Part shown: positions 19,060-29,368 of the stretch, in pieces
How positions within the stretch are numbered: position 1 is the stretch's first letter
How the letters are laid out: every line of letters starts with the position of its first letter
NCBI GenBank assembly: GCA_050916045.1
Contig: CP051526.1
Coordinates: 2,912,001-2,976,000, forward strand
Origin: Tepidisphaera sp.
Lineage (GTDB): Bacteria; Planctomycetota; Phycisphaerae; Phycisphaerales; UBA1924
DNA length: 64,000 bases
Reading direction: 5' to 3'
Program-made: the position numbers and the translations under genes
Notes under the pieces: generated by a model
The model's input: the letters and a program-made list of their open reading frames with translations, nothing else
Databases searched by the model: none
Told to the model about the DNA's origin: nothing

Positions 19060-21978
19060 TCAGCACCCGTTCTCGAACGCCAGGACAAAGTCGTCGTAGT
19101 CGAAGAAATCGACAAACCCATCGCCGTTGAAGTCCGCCGACACGCCAGGCGGGCACGCGCCCGATTCAAAGCACCCGACATAATCGTCGTAGTCAAAAAA
19201 ATCGACGAAACCATCCCCGTTGAAATCAGGCGGGCAGAAAACCGCCGCGATCGTCGTCGCCGTCCGCTCCAAGGACCAACGAGGCGGTAGATCCACGTTC
19301 ACGATCCCGCCCGCCACACTCTCAGCCTCCAGCAACACACGCCGAAACCCGCTCACGGGCTGGAACCCGTTCAACACCCGCAGACGCACCGTCCCGTCCA
19401 TGGTGGCCGCACGCTCAATCACCACCTTGTCCGCCTGGTCCGCGGCCGGCCCTTCGATCTCAAACTCCAGCGTCCCCGAGTTCTGCCCACTCCCCTGCAC
19501 ATAGTTCGCGTTCATCTCAATCGTGCCCGTCCGATCGCCCGCCGGCAGGCCCGGGGCGATCACCCCGATGTTGATCACAACCCCGCCCGCCAGTGCCCCC
19601 GTGCCCTCCACGCGGTCCGGCACGCCGCCGCTCCGATTGACGAAGATCGTTCCGAGCGGTGAAAAGCCGCCATTGAACGCCGCCACAGTCCCGCCGTGCA
19701 GCGTGCACCGCGGCCCCAGATCAAACCCGTCCGAATCACCGATCCCAACCTCCCCGAACACGTCGAGCACGCCATCGCACACAAACCCGTCCGGCTCGAC
19801 CAAGCCGACAAAAGTGATCCCGCCGCTGTGATCGGTGAAGACCAACGTGGAGCCGGGTCTCGCGAGCCACTTCCCTCCACCGCTCGCCACACCGACAAAT
19901 GACGCTGTGGAATCAAACGTCAACTTCGTCCCACTCAGCCGCCCGCCTCCGGGATTCTCCAAGCGATTCAGGAACGTCAGCCCCGCCGGACCCGTCGCGA
20001 TCAGATCGCCCTCGTTGACCAAATCGCCCACGATGGTCCCGGTTCCCTCCAGCTGCTTGTCCGAAGGCACGCGGAACCGGTGCGACGCCGCCAAGACCCC
20101 GCCATTCACCGTCGTATTCCCGAGCACCGCCACCGCTGAATCGTTGAAGGTCACCCGGAACGCCCCCGCGTTGACGGGCGTCCGATCAAAGCCATCCGCC
20201 GACCCATCGCCAAGCGCCAGCCCGCCCGTCGCTGTGATCGCGAGCGCACTCTGCACCTTCGCGTTGATCACACCCCGCGCGTTCATCGCCGTTCCCGAGT
20301 TGAACGAAGCCGCGTTGATCGTCCCGCCGTTCAGCGTAAACCGCGCCGACACACCCCCCACCGCGCTCAGCGTCCCCCCGTTGATCGTGACCGTCGAGGA
20401 GCCCATCCCCAGCAAGCCCCCGCCAATATCCACCACCCCGGCCGCGCCAATCTCAAGCGAACCGTCGCCCCCACCAATCGCGCCGCCGCCCGAAGCCCGC
20501 CCCGCGAGCACCAGATTCCCGCCCGTGCTCAGCGTCCCGTTCAGCACGCGAAGGCGCCCCTCGCCACTCCCGATCGCGCCCGCTTCCAGCACCGACGAAC
20601 ACACAACCGCTCCCCCCTCGTCGATCGTCAGCGTCCCAAGCCCCGACGACCCGATCCGCGCCGTTACGTGCTCAGAACGCGAGCCCGCTCCCGTGACCAC
20701 CATCGTCCCCACCGAGCCACTGTCCACCCCCACCGTCACCGCGTTCGGCGTCGTCCGCACCACGGAGCCCGACTCAACCCGCAACTCCATCGTTCCGGTC
20801 AACCCCACATGGACCCCAGGCCCGTGACTCAGCGTCGCGCCATTCCGCAGCGCGAGAATCGGCGTCCCCACGCCGCTACTGCCCAAAAGCGAGAACCCCG
20901 CACCCCCAGGGACGGTCATCGTGCCCGCGACGACTGAAAGCTCCCCGTCCTGCAGGTCCAGCGTGCCGCCGCTGCCAATGTTGAGCCCGCCGCAGCTCAC
21001 CTGCGAGCGCGCGCCCGTGAGCCGCAGAAGACCCGTCCCGCCATCCGGGTCGTTGCCGAGATTGATCACGCTCCCGATGTTCACGTTCCCGACCGCGTTC
21101 ACGATAAGCGAGCCGTTGCCCGCCGCGACCCCAGCCGAGACATTCCGCCCAAGATTCAGCACGCCAGCCACCGACAATCGCGACGCGAAAAAACCTATGT
21201 CCTCAACCGTGATCGTCGACGTTGAGGCCGAGCCGTTGGCCACGGTCAAACTTCCCGCGAACTCCGCCGACGCCCCGCTGTCGACCAGCAGCGTCGCATC
21301 ACCACCCGCCCCAATCCGCGAATCGCCCGTCCCCCCGACTTCGAGCGCGGAGCGTGTGAAAGGCGCGTTCCCCAGCTGCCCCGACACCACCACCGTCGAC
21401 ACCGACGACGCATTGCTCCCCGCGATCAGCCGATCCGCGACAACGACCAACCCGCCCGCTGTCACATTGAGTGTCCCGCTCCCGTTGTTCCCCACCGTAA
21501 GCGACGCCGCGCTCGTCAGCACAAGATCCGCATCATTGTCGTTCACATTGAGGGTCCCCGACGCCCCCACCGCGTCGCCGATGATCACCGGGCCCGCGCT
21601 ATTCATCCGCCCCGTCGTCAAGGCCGCCGTCGCCACGTCCCCAGCCACGTCACCAACGGTGATCCCGCCCGTGCCCACCGTGTGCGTCCCGCCCATCGTC
21701 AGCGTGATCACCCCCCGCTTGTACGTGTGTGCAAGGCTGCTCGCAACGCCCACCGGGAAGGTCACCGGGTACGTGCTCGCCAGATTCCACACGAGCGGAT
21801 TGGCCGCCCCGGGCAGCTGCGCCGGGTTCCAGTTCCCCGCAGTCCCCGCGCTCCCCCCCGCCACGTTCACCCAGGAAAGAGTCTGCCCTCGGGCCGAATG
21901 AGCCATCAAACCCACCCCCCCCGCCAAAGCCGCCAAAAGCATCGGGAACGGAGCAGGGTTCAAAACGCAGCGATTCAT
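19060..21978 (-). CDS. large secreted autotransporter-passenger-like protein with GC-type dockerin anchor
   Basis: AAGGAG RBS, signal peptide, TAGNWNP, many Gly-rich 'vG..g.Gtl.v..Gg' repeats, dockerin..NGC tail. Confidence 0.88.
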   Translation of the reverse strand: MNRCVLNPAPFPMLLAALAGGVGLMAHSARGQTLSWVNVAGGSAGTAGNWNPAQLPGAANPLVWNLASTYPVTFPVGVASSLAHTYKRGVITLTMGGTHTVGTGGITVGDVAGDVATAALTTGRMNSAGPVIIGDAVGASGTLNVNDNDADLVLTSAASLTVGNNGSGTLNVTAGGLVVVADRLIAGSNASSVSTVVVSGQLGNAPFTRSALEVGGTGDSRIGAGGDATLLVDSGASAEFAGSLTVANGSASTSTITVEDIGFFASRLSVAGVLNLGRNVSAGVAAGNGSLIVNAVGNVNIGSVINLGNDPDGGTGLLRLTGARSQVSCGGLNIGSGGTLDLQDGELSVVAGTMTVPGGAGFSLLGSSGVGTPILALRNGATLSHGPGVHVGLTGTMELRVESGSVVRTTPNAVTVGVDSGSVGTMVVTGAGSRSEHVTARIGSSGLGTLTIDEGGAVVCSSVLEAGAIGSGEGRLRVLNGTLSTGGNLVLAGRASGGGAIGGGDGSLEIGAAGVVDIGGGLLGMGSSTVTINGGTLSAVGGVSARFTLNGGTINAASFNSGTAMNARGVINAKVQSALAITATGGLALGDGSADGFDRTPVNAGAFRVTFNDSAVAVLGNTTVNGGVLAASHRFRVPSDKQLEGTGTIVGDLVNEGDLIATGPAGLTFLNRLENPGGGRLSGTKLTFDSTASFVGVASGGGKWLARPGSTLVFTDHSGGITFVGLVEPDGFVCDGVLDVFGEVGIGDSDGFDLGPRCTLHGGTVAAFNGGFSPLGTIFVNRSGGVPDRVEGTGALAGGVVINIGVIAPGLPAGDRTGTIEMNANYVQGSGQNSGTLEFEIEGPAADQADKVVIERAATMDGTVRLRVLNGFQPVSGFRRVLLEAESVAGGIVNVDLPPRWSLERTATTIAAVFCPPDFNGDGFVDFFDYDDYVGCFESGACPPGVSADFNGDGFVDFFDYDDFVLAFENGC

Positions 21979-22202
21979 CAAAAACTCCTTGAATCCAAGA
22001 CACCACGGCGCGAAAAGCCGCCCGACCGACCGCGCGCCGCGAAATCAGCCCAGTCTGATACACTCTGTCGGAAGCCCCGCCCCACTCCAACCGCCCAGCC
22101 CCAGGCAGATGGCGAAACGAGGCCTCCGCATTGCAACGCACCGTCTGGGATCTGCGGGGCTCATCCGAAGGTTTTTTCTTGCCGAAGATGGACCGGTAAA
22201 CG

Positions 22203-22820
22203 ATGAACAAAGAGGTCACCAGACTCCTCGAACGCCTTTCCGACGGGGATTCCCGTGCGGTCGATGTTCTCCTCCCCCTCATCTACGACCAGCTCCGCGC
22301 GCTCGCAGGCTCCTTCCTCCGTCGCGAAAGCCCCGGCCACACCCTCCAGACCACCGCTCTCGTCCACGAGGCCTACCTCAAGCTCGTCAACCAGTCCCAA
22401 GCACGCTTCACCGGCCGTGCCCACTTCTTCGCCATCGCCGCTCAGGCCATGCGACGCATCCTCGTCAACCACGCCCGCGACGCCAACCGCCTCAAACGCG
22501 GCGGCGGCCGAGACCGCATCACCCTCGACGAATCCGGCATCATCGCCCCCACGCCCGACGACCTCGGCCCCGACCTCGTCGCCCTCGACATCGCCCTCAC
22601 CAAACTCGCCACCCTCGACGACCGCAAAGCACGTACCGTCGAGATGCGGTTCTTCGCCGGCATGTCCGTCGACGACACCGCCCAGGCCCTCGGCGTCGCA
22701 CCCGCCACCGTCAAACGCGACTGGGACTTCGCTCGGGCATGGCTCTTCCGCGAACTCTCCGACGGAGCACAGGATGCCCCACACACCGGACCCAAGCCCG
22801 CAGACCAACGGCTCTCCTGA
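22203..22820 (+). CDS. ECF sigma factor, TIGR02999/kinase-associated type
   Basis: HTLQTTALVHEAYLKL, AAQAMRRILVNHAR, KRGGG, TVKRDWDFARAWL. Confidence 0.93.
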   Translation: MNKEVTRLLERLSDGDSRAVDVLLPLIYDQLRALAGSFLRRESPGHTLQTTALVHEAYLKLVNQSQARFTGRAHFFAIAAQAMRRILVNHARDANRLKRGGGRDRITLDESGIIAPTPDDLGPDLVALDIALTKLATLDDRKARTVEMRFFAGMSVDDTAQALGVAPATVKRDWDFARAWLFRELSDGAQDAPHTGPKPADQRLS

Positions 22821-25611
22821 CCCCGCCGAGCTCTTCGCCCGCGCCGAAGCCGTCTTCCACGACGTCGTCGCACTCCCCACGCACGCCCGCGTCGCCGCCG
22901 CCGCTTCCGCCTGCGCCAACGACCCCGCCCTCCTCGCCGAAGTCCTCTCCCTCCTCCAAAGCGCCTCCGCCCAGGGCTTCCTCGCTTCACCCATCGCCGA
23001 CATCGGCGGCCTCTGGGAAGCCGCTTCCGAAGCTCACCACGCCGAAAGCCCCGATCCCCTCGTCGGCAAGTCCTTCGGCGACTACGACATCCTCGAACGA
23101 CTCGGCGCCGGCGGCATGGGCGTCGTCTATCGCGCCCTCCAGCGAGACCCCACCCGCGAAGTCGCCCTCAAGCTCATGCGCCCGGGGCTCCTCTCCGCAT
23201 CACTCGTCCGCCGCTTCGAACACGAAGCGGAGATCCTCGGCCGCCTCCAGCACCCCGGGATCGCCCAGATCTACCGCGCCGGCCGCCTCCGCACCGACCA
23301 CGCCACCCAGCCCTTCCTCGTCATGGAGCTCATCCGCGGCACCCCGCTCATCGACTACGCCGACAAAGCACGCCTCTCCCGCGACCAGCGCCTCGACCTC
23401 CTTGCCCGAATCTGCGACGCTGTCCAGCACGCCCATGCCAAGGGCATCATCCACCGCGACCTCAAACCCGCCAACATCCTCGTCACCGACCACGCTCCCG
23501 CCGAGGGCTCCTCCGCTTCCTCTCGGTTCGCATCCCACGGGCAACCCAAGATCCTCGACTTCGGCGTCGCCCGCGTCCTCCAGACCGACGCCCGCGCCAC
23601 CCTCGCTCTCACCGCGCAGACCACCGCCGGCGAGATCGTCGGCACCCTCGCGTACATGAGCCCCGAACAGCTCGCCACCGCCGGCGACAGCTCCGAAGCC
23701 GTCGACACCCGCGCCGACGTCTACGCCCTCGGCGTCGTCATGTACCAACTCCTCTCCGGCAAGCTCCCCATCGACCTCTCCGGCAAGACCATCGCCCAGG
23801 CCGCTCCCCTCATTCTCGACCGCGAGCCGCCGCTCCTCGGAACCATCGACCGCGCCCTCCGCGGCGACATCGAAACCATCGCGGCCAAAGCCCTCGAGAA
23901 GGACCGCTCCCGCCGCTACCAGTCCGCCGCCGCCCTCGCCGAGGACATCCGCCGCGCCCTCGCCGACGCTCCCATCCTCGCCCGCCCCCCGACCGCTTAC
24001 TACCAGCTCAGCAAGTTCGCCCGTCGAAATCGCACGCTCGTCGGCGGAGCGTTGACCGCCGTCGTCCTCCTCATCGCGGGCATCATCGGCACTTCCATCG
24101 GCCTCTTCCGCGCCAATCAAGCGACCGAGCAAGCAACCCTCCGCGAACAGGAAGCCCTCACCGCCGCGGCACAGGCCGAACGCGCCACCTCGTTCCTCAC
24201 CGGCATGCTCGCTTCCGCCAACCCCACCGCTTCCCGCGGCCGACAGATCACCGTCCGCGAACTCGTCGACCAGACCGCCGCCCGCGCCGCTTTCGACCTC
24301 GCCGGGCAACCTCACGTCGAAGCCACCACCCGCATCGCCCTCGCACGCACCTACCTCTCCCTCTTCGCCCTCCCCCAAGCGTCCCAGCAGGCCGAACTCG
24401 CCGCATCGCTCGCCGCCGCCGCCTTCGGCCCCGAATCGCTCCCCTACTCCGACGCCCTCGCCGCCAAAGCCTCCGTCGCCCTCGCCGAACGCCGCCGCGA
24501 CGAATCCCTCGCCCTCACGCGACAAACACTCGACCTGAGACTGCGCTTACTCCCCGAAAGCCACCCGCAAGTCGCCCGCGCCCGCATGATCTACGCCAAA
24601 GCCCTCATCGACAACCTCAAATTCGACGAAGCCGACCGCGAACTCACCACCGCCCGCGCCGATCTCAAAGCCGCCGCCGACCCCGAGGTCGCCTTCTGCG
24701 CCACGCTTCACGCCGAGATGCTCCTGCGCCTCCCGCAACCCAATCCCCGAGTCGCCGACGCCGAGAACATGCTCCGCGAGACCCTCGCCGACCTCCGCAC
24801 CCGAGGCACCGCCGCCGACCCCGACACTGCGACCATCCTCGGCTCCCTCAGCCTCGTCCTCTTGCGCCAGAACCGCGCCGCCGCCGCCGAAACCGCCATC
24901 CGCGAAGCCATCGCCCTCCGCGAACGCATCTTCCCCCCGGGACACCCCGCCACCTTCGCCGCACGCCTCCGCCTTTGCTCGGCCCTCCGAGACCAGAATC
25001 GACTCACCGAAGCCCGGGATCTGGGAATCGCGCTTCTCGCCGACGAGATCAAAGCCCTCGGCGACGAAAGCCCCGAACTCGCCAACACCCTCTCGATCCT
25101 CGCCACCATCCACACCCTCCTCGCCGAACACGACCGCGCCACCCCACTCCTCGAACACAACCTCCGCATCCAGCGCCTCATCAAAGACCCCGTGCTGCTC
25201 ATCGTCGCGTTGCAGAAGCTCTCCGAAAACCTCTCCGCACGCAGCCTCTTTACCCAGGCCGAAACCAACGCCAGGGAAGCCATCGCCGTGCTCAAGCCCG
25301 GCTCCCGCAGCCCCACCGCCGTCTCACTCCGCCACCTCCTCGCCTCAACCCTCACCAACCAAGGCCGCCACGCCGAAGCCCTCGCCACATTCGCCGAAGC
25401 CTACACCCTCGTCCTCGCCGACCCAGCCCAGAAAAATCTCACCGCCAACACGCTCCTCAAATGGAGCCATGCCCTCGTCGCCTCGGGCAACTCCGCCGCC
25501 GCCGCCGAAAAACTCCGCGAGACCATCGCCTACGCCAACGCCAACAACCTCAGCGAACAAGCCGCCAACGCCCAGGCCCTGCTCGACACCCTCCCCGAAT
25601 CTCGCCAATGA
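22774..25611 (+). CDS. membrane Ser/Thr protein kinase with C-terminal TPR repeats
   Basis: LGAGGMGVVY, HRDLKPAN, DFG, GTLAYMSPEQ; one TM helix followed by TPR-like helices; overlaps the ECF gene. Confidence 0.93.
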   Translation: MPHTPDPSPQTNGSPDPAELFARAEAVFHDVVALPTHARVAAAASACANDPALLAEVLSLLQSASAQGFLASPIADIGGLWEAASEAHHAESPDPLVGKSFGDYDILERLGAGGMGVVYRALQRDPTREVALKLMRPGLLSASLVRRFEHEAEILGRLQHPGIAQIYRAGRLRTDHATQPFLVMELIRGTPLIDYADKARLSRDQRLDLLARICDAVQHAHAKGIIHRDLKPANILVTDHAPAEGSSASSRFASHGQPKILDFGVARVLQTDARATLALTAQTTAGEIVGTLAYMSPEQLATAGDSSEAVDTRADVYALGVVMYQLLSGKLPIDLSGKTIAQAAPLILDREPPLLGTIDRALRGDIETIAAKALEKDRSRRYQSAAALAEDIRRALADAPILARPPTAYYQLSKFARRNRTLVGGALTAVVLLIAGIIGTSIGLFRANQATEQATLREQEALTAAAQAERATSFLTGMLASANPTASRGRQITVRELVDQTAARAAFDLAGQPHVEATTRIALARTYLSLFALPQASQQAELAASLAAAAFGPESLPYSDALAAKASVALAERRRDESLALTRQTLDLRLRLLPESHPQVARARMIYAKALIDNLKFDEADRELTTARADLKAAADPEVAFCATLHAEMLLRLPQPNPRVADAENMLRETLADLRTRGTAADPDTATILGSLSLVLLRQNRAAAAETAIREAIALRERIFPPGHPATFAARLRLCSALRDQNRLTEARDLGIALLADEIKALGDESPELANTLSILATIHTLLAEHDRATPLLEHNLRIQRLIKDPVLLIVALQKLSENLSARSLFTQAETNAREAIAVLKPGSRSPTAVSLRHLLASTLTNQGRHAEALATFAEAYTLVLADPAQKNLTANTLLKWSHALVASGNSAAAAEKLRETIAYANANNLSEQAANAQALLDTLPESRQ

Positions 25612-25683
25612 AAAAAGCAGCCGCACACGCAGCCGCCACTTTCCTTCATTGGATGAATCCCAGGCCCGCCGCTCACGCCACGT

Positions 25684-26595
25684 TCAAAGCAATCCGAGCG
25701 AATCCTGCACGCCAAGCGTCGCGTAGATCTCGCGCGTCGCGCTGCTCTTGTTCAGCGTGTAAAGGTGGATCCCCGCGACCTTGTGATCCAGCAGATCGCG
25801 GCACTGCTCCGTCGCCCAGTGCACACCAACGCGCTTCACGCCCTCGTCGTTCCCGCCCGCGCGGTTGATCGCGCGGATCAGCGGCGCCGGATACCGCGCA
25901 CCCGCCGCCAGGTCCGCCATCCGCTTCATCCCCGCGATCGACGTGATCGGCATCACCCCCGCGATGATCGGAATGCGGATCCCCGCAAGCTCGCACCGAT
26001 CCCGGAAGTCGTAGAAATCATCGTTGTTGAAGAAAAGCTGCGTGACGATGAAGTCCGCGCCCTGATCAACCTTCGCCTTGAGCTTGTCCATCTCCGCCAG
26101 CCGGTTGGGCATGTCCGGGTGCCCCTCGGGGAACCCCGCCACGCCGATCGCAAACCCGCGCCGCGACGGATGCCGCCCCGACTCGTTGAACCGCTTGATG
26201 AACGCGACCAGATCCGCCGCGAACCGGAAGTGCTTGAACGGCTCATCGCCGGTCACGCCCTTGGGCCGGTCGCCGCGGAGCGCGAGGATCTTGTTGATCC
26301 CCGCTTCCGCGTACCGCGTCAGGATCTCATCGATGTCCCGCTCATCGTGACCCACGCACGTCAGGTGCGGCATCGGGTCAAGCCCCGTCGTCTTCCCGAT
26401 CCGCACGACCAGGTCGTTCGTGAGCTGCCGCGTCGACCCGCCCGCTCCGTACGTCACCGAAACGAACGTCGGCTTGAGCTTCTCGAACTCCTTGATGTGC
26501 TCAAAGAGATCGCTCGCCCCCTCCGCGGTCTTGGGCGGAAAGAACTCAAACGAGAACGTCGTTCGTCTGGATTGGAAAAGGTCGCGGATGTCCAT
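25684..26595 (-). CDS. metF: 5,10-methylenetetrahydrofolate reductase
   Basis: SFEFFPPKT, SVTYGAGGS, HLTCV, ALRGD, TQLFF, HLYTLN. Confidence 0.97.
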   Translation of the reverse strand: MDIRDLFQSRRTTFSFEFFPPKTAEGASDLFEHIKEFEKLKPTFVSVTYGAGGSTRQLTNDLVVRIGKTTGLDPMPHLTCVGHDERDIDEILTRYAEAGINKILALRGDRPKGVTGDEPFKHFRFAADLVAFIKRFNESGRHPSRRGFAIGVAGFPEGHPDMPNRLAEMDKLKAKVDQGADFIVTQLFFNNDDFYDFRDRCELAGIRIPIIAGVMPITSIAGMKRMADLAAGARYPAPLIRAINRAGGNDEGVKRVGVHWATEQCRDLLDHKVAGIHLYTLNKSSATREIYATLGVQDSLGLL

Positions 26596-26602
26596 GCTTG
26601 TC

Positions 26603-26625
26603 GTAGCACGGGCTTCCAGCCCGTG
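26603..26625 (+). repeat. REP-like element (GTAG plus hairpin)
   Basis: GTAG-CACGGGC-ttcca-GCCCGTG; related copy on the minus strand at 42640-42662. Confidence 0.6.
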
Positions 26626-26712
26626 GCCTTTCTTCTTGCAAATCCGCCCACCGCCGCAAAGCGGTGGACGGCGTTCTTCAGTTCCTCGCGGACACCAGGC
26701 CCGCGCAGCGAC

Positions 26713-28254
26713 TCAATACCGGTAGTGATCGGGCTTGTACGGGCCGTCGACCGGCACGCCAAGGTAGTCCGCCTGATCCTTCGACAGCCGCGTGAGCTTC
26801 ACGCCCAGCTTCTCCAGGTGCAAACGGGCCACTTCCTCGTCGAGCTTCTTCGGAAGCGTGTACACCTTGCCCGACTCGTACTTGATCCCGCTCAGCGTCG
26901 GCTTGTTGTTCGCCGAAAGCCACAGGTCGATCTGGGCGATCGTCTGGTTCGTGAACGACGACGACATCACGAACGACGGGTGGCCCGTCGCACAGCCCAG
27001 GTTCATCAGGCGGCCTTCCGCCAGGATCAGCACGCTCTTGCCGCTCTTCTTGAACACGAACTCGTCGTACTGCGCCTTGATGTTCACCCGCGCGATCGTC
27101 CCGCCCTTCTCCGCCGCGTACAGCGAAGCGATGTCGATCTCGTTGTCGAAGTGGCCGATGTTCGCCACGATCGCCTTGTCCTTCATCTTCTTCATGTGAT
27201 CAAGCGTGATCACGTTCTTGTTGCCCGAAGCCGTGATGAAGATGTCCGCCGTCTCCAGCACGTCCTCCAGCACCGTCACCTGGTAACCCTCCATCGCCGC
27301 CTGCAGCGCGTTGATCGGGTCCACCTCCGTCACGATCACGCGGCAGCCCTGCCCGCGAAGCGCCTGGCAGCAGCCCTTGCCCACGTCGCCGTACCCGATC
27401 ACCACCGCCGCCTTCGCCGAAAGCATCACGTCCGTCGCACGGTTCAGACCGTCGATCAGCGAGTGCCGGCAGCCGTACAGGTTGTCGAACTTGCTCTTGG
27501 TCGCCGAGTCGTTGACGTTGATCCCCGGGAACGCGAGCTGGCCCTTCTTCGCCATCTCGTACAAGCGGTGCACGCCCGTCGTCGTCTCCTCCGAGACGCC
27601 CTTGATGTTCTTGATGATCCCGCTCCAGTAGTTGGAGGAGGCCTTGAGGCTCGCCCGGAGCGTGTTCAGAATCACGCCCCACTCCTCCGGATCGCTCTTC
27701 GCGTTGAAGTTCGGGACCTTGCCCGCCTTCTCGAACTCGGCGCCCTTGTGCACCAGAAGCGTCGCGTCCCCGCCGTCGTCAAGCAGCAGGTTCGGACCCA
27801 CCACGTTGCCCTTGGCGTCCGTGAACTTGAAGATCTGCTCCGTGCACCACCAATACTCCTCGAGCGTCTCGCCCTTCCACGCGAAAACCGGGATGCCCGC
27901 CGGCTCTTCCGGCGTCCCCTCGGGGCCCACCACCACCGCCGCCGCCGCGTGATCCTGCGTGCTGAAGATGTTGCACGAAGCCCAACGAACATCCGCGCCC
28001 AGCGACGCCAGCGTCTCGATCAGCACCGCCGTCTGGATCGTCATGTGAAGCGACCCGGTGATCCGGGCGCCGGCGAGGGGCTTCTTCCCCTTGTACCGCT
28101 CGCGGAGCGCCATCAGCCCCGGCATCTCGTGCTCGGCCAGACGCATTTCCTTCCGGCCAAGTTCCGCGAGGGAAAGGTCGCGGACCTTGAAGTCGAACGC
28201 GGACTTGGATTTACCGGACTTCGCGGTCGGACGTGCTGCAAACGTGGTCATCAT
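26713..28254 (-). CDS. ahcY: adenosylhomocysteinase
   Basis: [49 protein letters not shown]-terminal HYRY. Confidence 0.98.
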   Translation of the reverse strand: MMTTFAARPTAKSGKSKSAFDFKVRDLSLAELGRKEMRLAEHEMPGLMALRERYKGKKPLAGARITGSLHMTIQTAVLIETLASLGADVRWASCNIFSTQDHAAAAVVVGPEGTPEEPAGIPVFAWKGETLEEYWWCTEQIFKFTDAKGNVVGPNLLLDDGGDATLLVHKGAEFEKAGKVPNFNAKSDPEEWGVILNTLRASLKASSNYWSGIIKNIKGVSEETTTGVHRLYEMAKKGQLAFPGINVNDSATKSKFDNLYGCRHSLIDGLNRATDVMLSAKAAVVIGYGDVGKGCCQALRGQGCRVIVTEVDPINALQAAMEGYQVTVLEDVLETADIFITASGNKNVITLDHMKKMKDKAIVANIGHFDNEIDIASLYAAEKGGTIARVNIKAQYDEFVFKKSGKSVLILAEGRLMNLGCATGHPSFVMSSSFTNQTIAQIDLWLSANNKPTLSGIKYESGKVYTLPKKLDEEVARLHLEKLGVKLTRLSKDQADYLGVPVDGPYKPDHYRY

Positions 28255-28323
28255 GTTCTCCTGTATCAACCTGTGCTTCGCTGCTATCGGCCTGTTCTTC
28301 CCTGCTCGGGCAGAAACGACTCT

Positions 28324-29274
28324 TCAGACTCTCCCCCGCGCCACGAACAGCCCGGGGCCACGGGCCTCGGTCTCGCGCGGGAGTTCTCGGTACTCGAACT
28401 CTCTGAACCCCGCAGCCCCCATCGCGGCCCCGAGATTCGCCTTTGAAAACCCAAGATGCTTGTGCCCCATCGTCTGGCGGTAGTCATCCCGGTCGTGCGC
28501 CACCATGTCGATGATCATCAGCCCGCCCCCGTCCGCCGGGCGCAGAATCCGCCGAGCCTCCGCGAGCACCGCCGCCACATCGCTCACGTGGTGAAGCACC
28601 AGCACCATCACCGCCGCATCCACCGAAGCGGACTCGATCGGCATCGACTCCAGCTCCGCGCGCACGAATTCGACGTTCTTGGCACCCTCCAGCCGCTCGC
28701 GGCCCGCCGAAAGCATCGGCTCCGACGAGTCCACCGCCACCACCCGCGCCACCAGCGGCGCCAACAGCTCCGCCGCATCCCCAGTCCCGCACCCCAGATC
28801 CGCCACCGTCCACCGCCGAGGCATGAACCCCATCAGCGCCGCCGGCGTGAACCGCTCGCCGAAAAGCTGCCCGCGAAGCGAGTCCCATTCCCCCGCCACC
28901 CGGCCAAAGAACGCCTCGCTGTCCATCCGGCGCTCCGCAAGCACCGCCGCCAGCCGCTCCTGGTCTTCCGCAAGCTCCACCTGCGTCCCGGCCTGCTCGC
29001 GAACCACAAGCCACATCGCCCGGAGCGTCGCTCCAAGATCGTCCAGAATCATCCGGTAATACGTCGCCGGCCCCTCGTTCCGCCGGGCCAGCCAGTTCGC
29101 GTCAGACAGCGCTTTCAGGTGCCGACTCACCGTCGACTGGGCCATCTGAAGCACCCGCGAAACCTCCCCCACCGACAGCTCCGAAGCCTCCAAAAGCCGC
29201 AGCATCCGCAGACGAACCGGGTCGCCCAGGGTGGCGAGCTGGTCCGCGATCGAGATGGCCGGGCGGGTCTTCAT
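28324..29274 (-). CDS. ArsR-family regulator fused to a SAM-binding methyltransferase domain (SahR-like)
   Basis: ArsR HTH (QSTVSRHLKAL) plus DLGCGTG; heads the ahcY-metF operon, the known SahR context. Confidence 0.9.
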   Translation of the reverse strand: MKTRPAISIADQLATLGDPVRLRMLRLLEASELSVGEVSRVLQMAQSTVSRHLKALSDANWLARRNEGPATYYRMILDDLGATLRAMWLVVREQAGTQVELAEDQERLAAVLAERRMDSEAFFGRVAGEWDSLRGQLFGERFTPAALMGFMPRRWTVADLGCGTGDAAELLAPLVARVVAVDSSEPMLSAGRERLEGAKNVEFVRAELESMPIESASVDAAVMVLVLHHVSDVAAVLAEARRILRPADGGGLMIIDMVAHDRDDYRQTMGHKHLGFSKANLGAAMGAAGFREFEYRELPRETEARGPGLFVARGRV

Positions 29275-29290
29275 CCGTATATCCGGATGA
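29271..29290. promoter_or_regulatory. 20-bp palindrome, candidate SahR operator overlapping its own start codon
   Basis: TCATCCG-tatatc-CGGATGA. Confidence 0.65.
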
Positions 29291-29368
29291 ATGGTAGAAC
29301 GCCCAAACCGCCCCGGCAAGTCAACGCGGAACAAGGGTTTCGGGACCTGTTGCCGCTACCGTCCCCCG

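Noticed and set aside
15034..19230. Diversity-generating retroelement TR/VR among the repeated dockerin tails
   Set aside because: No reverse transcriptase; differences are not adenine-specific and all copies are coding.
28255..28323. SAH/SAM riboswitch upstream of ahcY
   Set aside because: Spacer is short with no recognisable consensus, and a SahR-like regulator already explains control.
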